The translations under genes and the position numbers were made by a program. From an uncultured Anaerolineae bacterium (GTDB lineage Bacteria > Chloroflexota > Anaerolineae > Aggregatilineales > UBA3940): a stretch of 64,000 bases of DNA. The notes under the pieces are model-generated. The model saw only the letters and a list, made by a program, of their open reading frames with translations, was not told the origin of the DNA and ran no database searches. Of the stretch, positions 44,902 to 59,165 are shown in pieces (the first letter of the stretch is position 1; every line of letters begins with the position of its first letter). Location: the NCBI GenBank assembly GCA_964390105.1, contig CAYMGV010000001.1, forward strand, positions 132,088-196,087, given 5' to 3'.

Positions 44902-45870
44902 TTAACCTGGCGGGAAGATGCCACCCTGTTCCTCCAGGAAGACCTCCAGCGTCCGGCCTATGCGCTCAAGGCTATCCGGTGACACCTTATCTATTGTGTC
45001 ATCCACAGTGTGCCAGTACTCGTAGTCAAAGTCGATCATATCCACCGCAGGGATGCCAACCCGCAGAAAGGGGGTATGGTCATCCAAGATCGCGTACTTG
45101 TCCTGTGGGATGATGGTGTCACTGTAGCCCAATGATGCCGCGATCTCCCATAGATGTTCCATCATACCACGGTTAGAAGTCGTCTCATAGAACACCTGTT
45201 GATCCGCATCGCCTATCATATCAACAATCACGGCGTACTCCGGATACTGGGTTTCATCAAGTGATTGTACGAAATACGTTGAACCTTCAATCCAATCCCA
45301 GTCATCAATCCGCCCATTGTCTTCTGCATCAAAGAAGACAAGCCACGGTTGGATCTGTAGCGCAGCGGGTTCCATCACGCGAGCCAGTTCAAGCAGGACA
45401 GCAGTGCCACTTGCCCCGTCATTAGCCCCCGGCACAGGCTGCTGAGGATACAGCGGATCGTTGTCAGCATAGATGCGAGTGTCATAGTGCGCACCATAGG
45501 TTGCAGATGGCAGGCCTTCCATGCCGGGCAGGTGTGCTATCAGATTGACCCCGGTCACACCATTGACGGTAAATTCCTGGCGCACAACAGTCCAACCTGC
45601 CTCCTGGAGATGAGCAATGATGTATGCCTGCGCCAACTGTGAGCCTTCGGAACCCACGATACGCGGCCCCATATCCACCTGCGCAATCACATGATCATAG
45701 GCAACTACCCCATCAAAGGTCAGTGGTACAGGGTCAGCCGGTGTTGACGTGGGGAGTGTCTCCGTGACTGTCGCAGCGGGAGCCAGCGCCTCACCCTCCT
45801 GCCCCGAAGCGGCACACGCAGACAGAAGCAGAAGTATCCCAACCATCATGATCATCTGGTTACGAGTCAT
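44902..45870 (-). CDS. M28-family metallopeptidase, lipoprotein-type signal
   Basis: Contains [10 protein letters not shown] (lipobox-like), [24 protein letters not shown] and FFDAEDNG. Confidence 0.75.
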   Translation of the reverse strand: MTRNQMIMMVGILLLLSACAASGQEGEALAPAATVTETLPTSTPADPVPLTFDGVVAYDHVIAQVDMGPRIVGSEGSQLAQAYIIAHLQEAGWTVVRQEFTVNGVTGVNLIAHLPGMEGLPSATYGAHYDTRIYADNDPLYPQQPVPGANDGASGTAVLLELARVMEPAALQIQPWLVFFDAEDNGRIDDWDWIEGSTYFVQSLDETQYPEYAVIVDMIGDADQQVFYETTSNRGMMEHLWEIAASLGYSDTIIPQDKYAILDDHTPFLRVGIPAVDMIDFDYEYWHTVDDTIDKVSPDSLERIGRTLEVFLEEQGGIFPPG

Positions 45871-47192
45871 ACAAGCTCCGTCCGGGACAGGTAATCTTCC
45901 AGCGCCTGGCGGCCACGTTCGACGTATCGAGCATAGCGTTCGCGCTTGTTCCTGACCTTTTGGGGCAGAGCCGGCATGATGCCGAAATTAGCCTTCATCG
46001 GCTGGAATTGTTTGGCGTCCGACTTGCAGACATACGCGGACAGCGAACCGATCATGGTTTCCCCAGGGAAAACCAGCATCTCCTGTCCATGAATATATCG
46101 AGCCAGATTCTTGCCAGCGATCAACCCTGATGCAGCATTACCGACATACCCCTCAATCCCTGTAATTTGCCCAGCAAAGAACAGATCAGGGCGGGCAGCG
46201 TACTGCATGGTGGGGAGTAACAAGGTCGGTGAATTCAGGAAGGTATTGCGATGCATCTGCCCCAATCTGATGAACTCAGCGTCCTCAAGCCCGGGTATCA
46301 TCCGCAGAATACGACGTTGTTCTGGCCACTTGATGTTGGTCTGAAAGCCGACAAGGTTGTACATCTCCCCGGCCACATCATCCTGGCGAAGCTGAACTAC
46401 GGCATAGGGCCAGCGCCCGGTGCGGGGATCAGTGATACCGACCGGACGCAGCGGCCCGAAGGCAAGCGACTTTTCGCCGCGCCCTGCCATCACTTCAATA
46501 GGCAAACAGCCCTCGAAGAAGTTTTTGTCGTTCTTCTCAAAGTCACGCAGTTCGATACGCTCGGCACGCAGCAGTTCATGAACAAAGGCATCATACTCCT
46601 CCTTGTTCATAGGGCAGTTGATGTAATCCCCGGCTTCCTCCTCACCACGATCATAACGAGACGCACGAAACGCGATATCAAAGTTGATTGATTCATATGT
46701 GACAATGGGGGACAACGCGTCGTAGAAATACAGGTATTCTTCACCGATCAGGGTGCCGATCTCACCGGCCATGGCGCTGGACGTGAGCGGCCCGGTAGCG
46801 ATGATGGTCGGTTCACCGGGTATAGTCGTCGCTTCCTCACGGCGCAGTTCGATCCGTGGGTGATTATCGATGGCACCTGTTACCAGTTCACCGAATTTCT
46901 CGCGACCTACGGCCAGCGCACCACCAGCCGGCACGCGCGACTCATCAGCAGCCCGCATGATCAGCGAATTCATACGGCGCAGTTCTGCCTTGAGCATACC
47001 CCCTGCCCTGTCAGGCAGGTCTGAACCCAGTGAATTACTGCATACCAATTCAGCCAGTTTGTCCGTCACGTGAGCCGGGGTTGACTTCATCGGGCGCATC
47101 TCCCACAAAACCACGGAGACCCCGGCCTCCGCAAGCTGCCAGGCAGCCTCTGTGCCTGCAAGCCCACCGCCAATGACATGTACCTTCTGCAT
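45867..47192 (-). CDS. trmFO: Folate-dependent tRNA (U54) methyltransferase TrmFO
   Basis: [25 protein letters not shown]...LVCSNSLGS...[19 protein letters not shown]. The alternative start is GTG 47216. Confidence 0.85.
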   Translation of the reverse strand: MQKVHVIGGGLAGTEAAWQLAEAGVSVVLWEMRPMKSTPAHVTDKLAELVCSNSLGSDLPDRAGGMLKAELRRMNSLIMRAADESRVPAGGALAVGREKFGELVTGAIDNHPRIELRREEATTIPGEPTIIATGPLTSSAMAGEIGTLIGEEYLYFYDALSPIVTYESINFDIAFRASRYDRGEEEAGDYINCPMNKEEYDAFVHELLRAERIELRDFEKNDKNFFEGCLPIEVMAGRGEKSLAFGPLRPVGITDPRTGRWPYAVVQLRQDDVAGEMYNLVGFQTNIKWPEQRRILRMIPGLEDAEFIRLGQMHRNTFLNSPTLLLPTMQYAARPDLFFAGQITGIEGYVGNAASGLIAGKNLARYIHGQEMLVFPGETMIGSLSAYVCKSDAKQFQPMKANFGIMPALPQKVRNKRERYARYVERGRQALEDYLSRTELV

Positions 47193-47287
47193 GATGTTTC
47201 TCTCAATACCCAGCACTCGTGCCTTAAGCTGGCGATTTTAGCATGGTTTAAGGACAATGTGTATTGAGTGCTTGTCTACATTTTATA

Positions 47288-47302
47288 ATGACTACACGAA
47301 GC
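47288..47302 (+). repeat. Motif copy D (ATGACTACACGAAGC)
   Basis: It overlaps the last two bases of a TATAAT hexamer (47284-47289) and ends 8 nt upstream of the glycosyltransferase ATG (47311). Confidence 0.95.
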
Positions 47303-47310
47303 ATAGCTGC

Positions 47311-48402
47311 ATGGCACGAGTCCTTCTGCTTGAACCCTATTTCACCGGCTCACATCGCGCATGGGCGTTGGGCCTGAAGCGACACAGTCGACACCACATT
47401 GAGCTTCTGACGCTGCCAGGGCGTTTCTGGAAGTGGCGAATGCATGGCGCTGCCATCACACTCGCACGAATGGCGCTCGAACTACCGCATCGCTACGATG
47501 TTATCCTCGCAACCGATATGATTGATCTGGCATCCTTCATGGCACACGCACGGCATCGCTTTGGCAGCACGCCAACAGCGAGCTACTTCCACGAGAATCA
47601 ACTAACCTATCCCCCTCCCCCCGGCAGCAAGCAGGACCTGCACTATGGGTTTATCAATTACAATTCGGCACTGATCGCCGATCAAGTACTGTTTAATTCG
47701 CGCTTTCACAGGCAGGTGTTCATCAATGAATTGCCCCGGCTGCTCAAACACTTCCCGGATTTCAATAACCTTGAAACCGTTGGTGAGGTTGCGGGTAAGA
47801 GCCGGGTGCTCCCGGTGGGGATGGATTTCAGCGCACTGAAAGCCGCACAGTCTGCCGACCTGACGGAAGGTCCGGCTCGCATTGTGTGGAACCATCGATG
47901 GGAGTATGACAAACAACCGGAGGTGTTTTTCGAGGCCCTGTACGCCCTTCAGGGGGGCGGCAGTGCATTTCAGGTCATCATACTAGGGGAGAGCTTTAGA
48001 AACCAGCCTGAGGAGTTCCTGGAGGGCCAGGGGCGTCTACGCGATCATATCCTGCACTGGGGATATGCGGAATCAACGCAGCAATACGCAAAGCTGCTAT
48101 GGCAGGCCGACATCCAGGTAAGCTGCGCCATACAGGAATTCTTTGGTATCAGCACGCTGGAAGCGATGTATACCAACTGCGCCCCCCTGCTCCCAAACCG
48201 GCTGGCTTACCCGGAGCTGCTTCCTGAGGTGTACCATCTCGATCACCTGTATGATGGGTTTGACCCCTTTGTCCAGAAGCTAAAGTACATGGTTGACAAT
48301 GTAGGACATACGCGGGGAATATCACTACACGAAGTTTCGGCGCGGTATGCATGGGAGCGGGTCATCGGGCAATATGATGACATGATCGATGAGTTGGCAT
48401 AA
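47311..48402 (+). CDS. DUF3524 N-domain plus GT-B (group 1) glycosyltransferase, homologous in pattern to eukaryotic GTDC1
   Basis: MARVLLLEPYFTGSHRAWALGL...LLTLPGRFWKWRMHGAA parallels GTDC1 (…EAFYGGSHKQLVDLL…LPAKKWHWRARTSA…, from memory). The C-terminal EFFGISTLEAMYTNCAPLLP is an EX7E-type GT4 motif. The track start 47257 is an upstream extension. Confidence 0.7.
   Translation: MARVLLLEPYFTGSHRAWALGLKRHSRHHIELLTLPGRFWKWRMHGAAITLARMALELPHRYDVILATDMIDLASFMAHARHRFGSTPTASYFHENQLTYPPPPGSKQDLHYGFINYNSALIADQVLFNSRFHRQVFINELPRLLKHFPDFNNLETVGEVAGKSRVLPVGMDFSALKAAQSADLTEGPARIVWNHRWEYDKQPEVFFEALYALQGGGSAFQVIILGESFRNQPEEFLEGQGRLRDHILHWGYAESTQQYAKLLWQADIQVSCAIQEFFGISTLEAMYTNCAPLLPNRLAYPELLPEVYHLDHLYDGFDPFVQKLKYMVDNVGHTRGISLHEVSARYAWERVIGQYDDMIDELA
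48319..48337 (+). repeat. Motif copy E (ATATCACTACACGAAGTTT)
   Basis: Lies inside the glycosyltransferase CDS (codons G-I-S-L-H-E-V-S), 65 nt before its stop. Confidence 0.95.
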
Positions 48403-48434
48403 ACAAGGCCCGGCGTTTGCCGGGCCTTGTTTAT
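48401..48434. terminator. Bidirectional terminator between the glycosyltransferase gene and gyrA
   Basis: ACAAGGCCCGGC-GTTT-GCCGGGCCTTGT, flanked by AAA and TTTA. Confidence 0.75.
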
Positions 48435-48441
48435 GCCGTGA

Positions 48442-50901
48442 CTATTCGTCTTCCGGCAGTGGTTCACTGCTATTAAACACCCCAAGAACCTTGCGCTGAT
48501 ACAGTACCGCGCGGCTAACCACTTCACTGGCACCCAAAGCAATAACGGATGATCCCTGCGAATTCCGCCCCTGGTCGGGGGCAAGGCTGAGCCGCATATA
48601 CTTCGGCTTGCCCTTTGACGTCACAAGAACGAGATTGTCATCAATTGGCCCTACAATGCCACAGGCCAGGCGTGAGTTACCCAGTTTATAAGTGATAACA
48701 CCTTGCCCGTAACGGCCCTGCACCGGGTAATCCACAACCGGGCTGGACTTGGCAAACCCGGATTCGGTACAGACCCACACCTGCTGCCCCGGCACGATAA
48801 GATCCATCCCCACAACACAGTCATCGTCACTGGCGAGCTTGATACCTTTGACACCACCGGCACGCAGCCCCATCGGTCTGACGTCATCCTCGCTAAATCG
48901 GATTGCCTTGCCCTCCGCCGTAATCAAAAGAAGTTCACTGTCCCCGGTAGTCCAGGCGGCCCAGCCGATCTCGTCACCTTCAACGATCATGACCTGGAAC
49001 GCATTGGCAGCCATCTCGGGCAGGTCAGTGGCAATAATACGTTTGACCTCACCCATGCGGGTCGCCAACACGAGGTAGCCTTCGTCCGCTCCCATTTGCC
49101 GTGTCAAAGCGGCAACCACTTGCTGCTCCGGTTGCAGTGATGTCAGTTCAGAGTAGGGGGCACCATCCTGGAAATCGGCGGCCTGTGGAAGCTGATGAAC
49201 CGGGATCGTGACGGCTTCACCATCTGATGTAATCAGATATAGGACCTCACTGGTAGCCGCGCTCAGGATCGAGTGAGGGGCCTCCTTGACCGCTGTGGTA
49301 ACACGCGGCTGGTCATCTGAGAACGTGCGGGACAGACGCCCGTTTTCAGTCAACACCACCCACACATTTTCATCGGGAAGAAGCTCACTGAAGTCAAGGG
49401 CACTGCCTGCGGCGCTATCGACGATCAAGGTACGCCGGGAATCACCATAAGCGTCCTTGAGGCCATCAAGTTCCTGCTTGATCACCCCCCGCATGAGCTG
49501 CGGGCTTTCCAGCAGATTGGCAAGGTATTCAATGCGAGTAATAAGCTCCTTGTATTCATCCTCGATGCGCTTACGCTCAAGAGCCGCCAGCCGACGCAGT
49601 GGCATATTCAGGATTGCGGCTGCCTGGGCCTCACTGAGCTTGAATGTACGCTGGAGATTGCTGCTGGCGGTCTCTGCAGTGCGCGATTTACGGATAAGAG
49701 CGATGACCTCATCGAGGTTATCGAGCGCAGTGAGGTACCCTTCAAGGATGTGCGCACGCTCACGAGCACGTTCAAGGTCATATTCGCTGCGACGACGGAC
49801 GATCTCAAAGCGATGTTCAAGATAGACACGCAGTGCCTGTTTCAGGGACAGCATGCGCGGCTCGTCATCCACCAGTGCCAGCATAATGACACTGAATGTC
49901 TGGCGCATGGGTGTCATGCGGTACAGCTGATCCAGGATATCATAAGGGTCAACGGTGCGTGTCAGATCAATAACGATGCGCATCCCATTGCGATCCGATT
50001 CATCGCGAAGATCGGTCAGACCCTCAATGCGCTCATCACGAGCCAGCGTCGCGATACGTTCGATCAGGCTGGTTTTGTTGGTTTGATAGGGCAATTCAGT
50101 GACGATGATACGGTTACGATTGCGACTCAACTGCTCAATGTGCACCTTGGCCTGCACGGTGAGCTTCCCCCTGCCCGTGGCATAGGCGTGAGCAAGGTTA
50201 TCGCTGCCATCGTCGCTGCTGCGGAACAACACCCCACCGGTGGGGAAATCCGGCCCCTTGATAAAGTTCATCAGGTCTGATAGTGAAACGTCATCGAGGC
50301 CTTCCCAGTTGTCCAGCATATACATAAGCGCATCACACACCTCGACAAGGTTATGCGGGGGAATGCTGGTGCTCATCCCGACAGCAATACCCGACGCCCC
50401 GTTAACCAGCATGTTGGGCATACTGGCGGGCAATACTGACGGCTCGTAAAGGCTGCCATCGAAGTTTTCAGCAAAATCGACAGTAGCCTTCTCAATATCG
50501 ATGAGCATGTCGCGCCCCATGTGGTACATGCGGGCTTCGGTGTAACGCATGGCCGCTGCAGCATCGCCATCAATAGAACCGAAGTTCCCCTGCCCATCCA
50601 CCAGCGGGTAGCGCATTGAGAAATCCTGCGCGAGGCGCACCATGGCATCATAAACAGCCGCATCCCCATGAGGATGGTACTTGCCCAGAACCTCACCAAC
50701 AATACGGGCGCTCTTGCGATACGGTGTATTGGGTCGCAGCCCCATATCGTGCATGGCATACAGAATGCGGCGGTGAACTGGCTTCAGCCCGTCACGTGCA
50801 TCGGGTAATGCACGGCTCACGATAACACTCATGGCGTAGTCGAGGTACGCCGCACGCATTTCACTATCAATATCGACTTGGCGAACGGTGCCAACTTCCA
50901 T
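48442..50901 (-). CDS. gyrA: DNA gyrase subunit A
   Basis: Contains [24 protein letters not shown] and [11 protein letters not shown] (catalytic Tyr), plus C-terminal beta-pinwheel repeats. Confidence 0.95.
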   Translation of the reverse strand: MEVGTVRQVDIDSEMRAAYLDYAMSVIVSRALPDARDGLKPVHRRILYAMHDMGLRPNTPYRKSARIVGEVLGKYHPHGDAAVYDAMVRLAQDFSMRYPLVDGQGNFGSIDGDAAAAMRYTEARMYHMGRDMLIDIEKATVDFAENFDGSLYEPSVLPASMPNMLVNGASGIAVGMSTSIPPHNLVEVCDALMYMLDNWEGLDDVSLSDLMNFIKGPDFPTGGVLFRSSDDGSDNLAHAYATGRGKLTVQAKVHIEQLSRNRNRIIVTELPYQTNKTSLIERIATLARDERIEGLTDLRDESDRNGMRIVIDLTRTVDPYDILDQLYRMTPMRQTFSVIMLALVDDEPRMLSLKQALRVYLEHRFEIVRRRSEYDLERARERAHILEGYLTALDNLDEVIALIRKSRTAETASSNLQRTFKLSEAQAAAILNMPLRRLAALERKRIEDEYKELITRIEYLANLLESPQLMRGVIKQELDGLKDAYGDSRRTLIVDSAAGSALDFSELLPDENVWVVLTENGRLSRTFSDDQPRVTTAVKEAPHSILSAATSEVLYLITSDGEAVTIPVHQLPQAADFQDGAPYSELTSLQPEQQVVAALTRQMGADEGYLVLATRMGEVKRIIATDLPEMAANAFQVMIVEGDEIGWAAWTTGDSELLLITAEGKAIRFSEDDVRPMGLRAGGVKGIKLASDDDCVVGMDLIVPGQQVWVCTESGFAKSSPVVDYPVQGRYGQGVITYKLGNSRLACGIVGPIDDNLVLVTSKGKPKYMRLSLAPDQGRNSQGSSVIALGASEVVSRAVLYQRKVLGVFNSSEPLPEDE

Positions 50902-51010
50902 CCGATCTCACCCTCAATTGTTTCATTGTTCAGTTTGCAGATAAAAGTAATGAGTTTGCAGGGGTTTGGCAACCCCTCGTATAGGCTCATTTGTTCTACT
51001 ACTATACTCA

Positions 51011-51039
51011 CGAGGCCTAGTTCTCGCAAGAGCAACCGA
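51011..51039 (-). promoter_or_regulatory. Sigma70-like promoter for gyrA
   Basis: Reverse strand reads TTGCGA, 17 nt, TATAGT. It lies about 105 nt upstream of the gyrA ATG. The leader contains the hairpin AGGGGTT/AACCCCT. Confidence 0.55.
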
Positions 51040-51054
51040 CAATCCAGCAGGTGA

Positions 51055-51090
51055 ATCAAAATGGCCCCACCCTGGTTGGGCAAGGCCATT
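51055..51090 (-). terminator. Terminator-like hairpin after rpoC
   Basis: AATGGCC...GGCCATT stem, followed on the minus strand by TTTTGATT. Confidence 0.5.
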
Positions 51091-51110
51091 CGATTTATGC
51101 AAGGCGTGAG

Positions 51111-55421
<4,311 letters not shown>

Positions 55422-55609
55422 TCGACTATGCAACACGAATCGGTACCTCCTGTATTGACACCGGCATTCCCCCAACAGGCCCGGCAAAACACAAATTGCG
55501 CTCGGAGATAACACCCCAGCGCAGGCCAGATTCCTGATTTATACCGAATTGTAAATTCACGCTGCTGCCACGCGACCTTTTGTTAGTCTTGTTTGGAACG
55601 CGAATTAAG

Positions 55610-55639
55610 ATTGTATCATTTTAGTACATACACTGTCAA
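55610..55639 (-). promoter_or_regulatory. Sigma70-like promoter for rpoC (extended -10)
   Basis: Reverse strand reads TTGACA, 18 nt, TACAAT, preceded by TGa. It predicts a 5' UTR of about 185 nt. Confidence 0.55.
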
Positions 55640-55742
55640 CCATGCAAATATCGGCGATTCTGACATTCTGTTCTTTCATGATTAGTTGAGTGGGGTAAGG
55701 TGGTTTATACCGCCCTACCCCAACACAGGTTAATTGAATGGA

Positions 55743-56975
55743 CTACCAGCGCATCACGGTGCCACAGTATTCACACTTGTGCTGTCGCTGCGTGGCCATC
55801 AGTTCGGGGATAGGAGCCCCGCATGACGAGCAGCAATCCGGGGCAGCCGTGAAGGCTTCTTCTGCCACAGCGGCAGTGTCTACGCCTTCAGCCGTTACTT
55901 TCTCGTTCACGATCTGGCCGGTGTTAACGCGGTTAAGGAGATTAGCCCACTCGTCACTGGCCTGCCCCTTGATCTTGCAGTTGAATACCGGGAGCGTGGC
56001 CTCACCCGTGAAGACGACATCCAGCATCTGCTGGCCGCCCATCATGCCTTTACGTGTCGCCTTGACCGAATCGAGACCCTGCATCCGTGCTTCGTAGGTG
56101 ACTTCCTGAACCATTTCCTTTTCCGTAGCAATGAACAATACCTTCTTGGTAGCCACCTGTTCCTTACGTTCGAAGATCAGGCGCTGATCGGTAGCGTAAA
56201 GGATGCCATCTTGCTCATCACCGCCATCCGGCTGGTATTCAACCTGAACAGCCTGCACCATACCTTCACCGGGGTACAAGTCAAACGATGCCGCACCAAG
56301 TTCATCATACATCCATTCGAGGTTCTCAAGCTGCTTGTTAGTCTGATAGAAGGTGCTTTTGATGTTGGCGTATGCCGCCCGCAGCGCACTCTCTGCCTGG
56401 GCAACACGAGATTCCACCCGGTCGATCTCGCTCTCAACAGCAGACACCCCCGCGGTCGAAGGACGACCCTGGTGAAGCTGATTAAAGCGACGTACTGCGC
56501 CTTCGTAAAGCGGCACGATCTCAGATTCTGCTGACCGAATCTCCTGGCGCACGCCAGCCTCGGCCTCGCCCCACTTGGCTTCAAGAACCCCGGCCTTGTT
56601 CTCAAGGAATGCCTTGTAGGCGTAACCCCGATCACGCAGGGCAGCGATGCGCGGGGCCAATTCCGCGATGCCCTGATCGAGATCGTTGACCGCCTGGTAG
56701 TGGTCATCAAGCCCGATCTTCTCAGTTAAGGCTTGCAAACTCGTCTCCACGCGATCCAGATCAGCAAGAATCGGGTCATCAGCCAGGGCTGCGCGATCCC
56801 ATGTTACCAGCGCATCTGACGGCATCTGAGTGCGCGAGAACGTTGCAGGTTTGGGTGATGACCCCGGTCGTGAGTACGGCGAGGATTTGGCAGTCTTCTT
56901 CATCCCTCCCCCCATGGATGACGAACTGCCACCCTGCTTTTTGCTGCCGCCAGTTGGTTGTCCTTTGCTTTTCAT
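55743..56975 (-). CDS. Hypothetical protein: disordered basic N-terminus, coiled-coil region, PH/GRAM-like segment, C-terminal zinc ribbon
   Basis: 410 aa. The protein ends CCSSCGAPIPELMATQRQHKCEYCGTVMRW. The middle part GILYATDQRLIFERKEQ... resembles bacterial PH (YokE-like) domains. Assignment is weak. Confidence 0.55.
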   Translation of the reverse strand: MKSKGQPTGGSKKQGGSSSSMGGGMKKTAKSSPYSRPGSSPKPATFSRTQMPSDALVTWDRAALADDPILADLDRVETSLQALTEKIGLDDHYQAVNDLDQGIAELAPRIAALRDRGYAYKAFLENKAGVLEAKWGEAEAGVRQEIRSAESEIVPLYEGAVRRFNQLHQGRPSTAGVSAVESEIDRVESRVAQAESALRAAYANIKSTFYQTNKQLENLEWMYDELGAASFDLYPGEGMVQAVQVEYQPDGGDEQDGILYATDQRLIFERKEQVATKKVLFIATEKEMVQEVTYEARMQGLDSVKATRKGMMGGQQMLDVVFTGEATLPVFNCKIKGQASDEWANLLNRVNTGQIVNEKVTAEGVDTAAVAEEAFTAAPDCCSSCGAPIPELMATQRQHKCEYCGTVMRW

Positions 56976-57032
56976 TACCGTCCCCTTCCTCGTATTCTGG
57001 CATGTTGCTGACTACCCCGTTTTACGGGAAGC

Positions 57033-58110
57033 TCAGGAACTGCGCAAGTAAGCTTCCATGAAATCATCCAGCGCACCATCCAGAACCGCGTTGACATTGG
57101 CAGTCTCATGACTGGTGCGGTGATCCTTAACCATCTGGTATGGATGCAGCACGTAGGATCGAATTTGATTACCGAAATCAGCGTTGATATAAGCACCCTT
57201 GAGTTCGGCCAGTTCCGCCTCCTGCCGGGCAAGCTCCTCCTCCAGCAGCCGGGCACGCAGCACACGCATAGCGGCCTCACGGTTCTGCGTCAGAGAACGC
57301 TCGTTCTGGCAGCTTACAACGATGCCGCTGGGCTGATGTGTAATGCGGATAGCGGTCTCGTTTTTCTGAACATGCTGCCCCCCTGCCCCGCCAGCCCGGA
57401 ACGTCTCAGTGGTCAGATCGCTGGGGTTAATTTCAATATCGATCTCGCCCTGGATATCGGGCCAGACTTCAACCATCGCAAATGAGGTGTGACGGCGGCT
57501 GGCCGCATCGAACGGGGAGAGACGGACCAGCCGATGAACACCGCGCTCGGAACGCAGATAGCCATACGTCCAGTCGCCGGACACCGCCATAGTAACGCTT
57601 TTCAACCCGGCGTCTTCACCAACACTACGGTCCAGTATATCGACCTTGATCCCGCGTGACTCAAACCAACGCAGGTACATACGCTCCAGCATCTGTGCCC
57701 AGTCCATGGCATCGACACCACCTGTCCCAGCATGAATAGCAAGAATGGCATCTTCCTGGTCGTGTTCGCCAGAGAGCATGGTAATGAATTCCAGGCGCTC
57801 GATCTCGCGATTGATCGCAGTGTTTTCCGCAGCGAGATCCGCGTCCAGCGATTCATCCTCCATTTCAGCCAGTTCGAGGGCATCACTGACCCGGGTGTTC
57901 AAACTGTCCCATCGCTCAATTTCGGAGCGAAGGCGGCTGGCCTGGCGCATCAGATCGCGAGCGCGATTGGTATCATCCCAGAAGTCCGGCTCCGCAGAAA
58001 GAGTCTCGATTTCATCCAGCCGCTTGCGCTTTGCGGCAAGGTCAAAGACGCCCCGCAAGGTTGCCGAGACGTTCCTTTAGTTCCCCGAAATTCATGACCA
58101 AGTGTTCCAA
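57033..58110 (-). CDS. prfB: Peptide chain release factor 2, requires a programmed +1 frameshift
   Basis: ORF0 (TTG 58110 with SD GAGGAG 7 nt upstream, or ATG 58095) ends ...GGG GCG? no: ...GCG GGG CGT CTT TGA C, with the TGA at 58044..58042. The +1 frame continues as DLAAKRKRLDEIE... through to 57033. SPF and GGQ motifs are present (LSPFDAASRRHTSFA, GGAGGQHVQK). Confidence 0.9.
58042..58056 (-). promoter_or_regulatory. RF2 +1 frameshift site (SD-like GGGG, 3 nt, CTT TGA C)
   Basis: Minus strand reads GGGGCGTCTTTGAC. It has the same architecture as the E. coli site AGGGGGTATCTTTGAC. Confidence 0.85.
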
Positions 58111-58122
58111 AGTATAGCTCCT

Positions 58123-59016
58123 CTAATCAAACAGGCTTTCAACAAAAGCATCCGGATCAAAGGGCAGCAGGGCATCGACCGACTCCCCTACCCCAATGTA
58201 GCGTACAGGCAATCCCAATTCGCGATTGATGGCAAACACCATCCCCCCACGCGCAGTACCGTCCAGCTTGGTAATGATGATACCGGTCACATTGACGGTC
58301 TCAGCAAACTTCCGGGCCTGAACCAAGGCGTTCTGCCCAGTGGTGCCATCGAGTACCAGCCAGACTTCGTGAGGGGCTTCATGGACGTTTTTACGCGCAA
58401 CCGTATGAACCTTCTTGAGTTCCTCCATCAGGTTGTACCGAGTATGCAAGCGCCCTGCAGTATCGATGATCAGCAGATCACACAAGCGTGAACGCGCTGC
58501 ACGGATGGCATCGTACGCCACGGCACCGGGGTCGCCGCCTTCCTGCCCCGCGATCACCGGGACGTCAAGACGCTCACCCCACATTCTGAGCTGATCCACT
58601 GCTGCTGCTCGGAATGTATCCGCAGCAGCAAGCATGACCTTGCGGCCCTGCGCCATGAAACGATGAGCCAGCTTGGCCGTGGTAGTGGTTTTACCTGACC
58701 CATTGACACCGACCACCAACACGACGCTGAGGGTGCGCTCGATATCCAGGGCAGATGACGGTGGCTCAACCAAACGGGAACGCAGGATCATCTTGAGGGC
58801 ATCTACAGCCTCATCCCGCTGGGTGATCCCCTGATCCTCGACCACGGCGCGTAATTCCTCGACGACTTCCAGCGCGGTACGAACACCGAGATCACCCTGG
58901 ATCAGGAGCGCCTCGATTTCCTCCCATGACTCATCATCAAGCTCTGAGCCTCCGAGAAGGGTTACCACCTTGCCAAAGAAACTCTTACGGGTTTTTTCCA
59001 AAGATTGCTTAAGCAT
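58123..59016 (-). CDS. ftsY: Signal recognition particle receptor FtsY (NG domain only)
   Basis: Contains [22 protein letters not shown], and [11 protein letters not shown]. Confidence 0.9.
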   Translation of the reverse strand: MLKQSLEKTRKSFFGKVVTLLGGSELDDESWEEIEALLIQGDLGVRTALEVVEELRAVVEDQGITQRDEAVDALKMILRSRLVEPPSSALDIERTLSVVLVVGVNGSGKTTTTAKLAHRFMAQGRKVMLAAADTFRAAAVDQLRMWGERLDVPVIAGQEGGDPGAVAYDAIRAARSRLCDLLIIDTAGRLHTRYNLMEELKKVHTVARKNVHEAPHEVWLVLDGTTGQNALVQARKFAETVNVTGIIITKLDGTARGGMVFAINRELGLPVRYIGVGESVDALLPFDPDAFVESLFD

Positions 59017-59165
59017 AGTCTCCCTCGTGCTAATTGACAGGGATTATACCAGCAGCAGGATGAATTGATCGACCGCATCACGATTGTCCTATTGGGGTTG
59101 TTGTATACTAAGAGCATTCCTAGCATTGCCCATTGAGACAGCCTTATACTTGACAGGAGGTAACG

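Noticed and set aside
42241-48440. An integron-like reading: recombinase followed by cassettes separated by attC-like sites.
   Set aside because: Only the A/B pair is palindromic. The other copies are single half-sites. The enclosed genes are in both orientations and are housekeeping genes (hflX, trmFO, aminotransferase). One site is inside a CDS. No GTTRRRY core is present.
34000-48500. A possible low-GC genomic island ending at the recombinase gene.
   Set aside because: My hand counts of single 60-nt lines gave about 42-45% GC at 34141, 35701, 38041 and 40441. They gave 63-65% at 29101, 33001 and 33601. However, hflX (43001, 48%) and the aminotransferase (44401, 50%) are also low, and 34741 is 53%. 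The boundary is therefore not sharp, and I cannot claim an island without a proper sliding-window computation and att-site identification.
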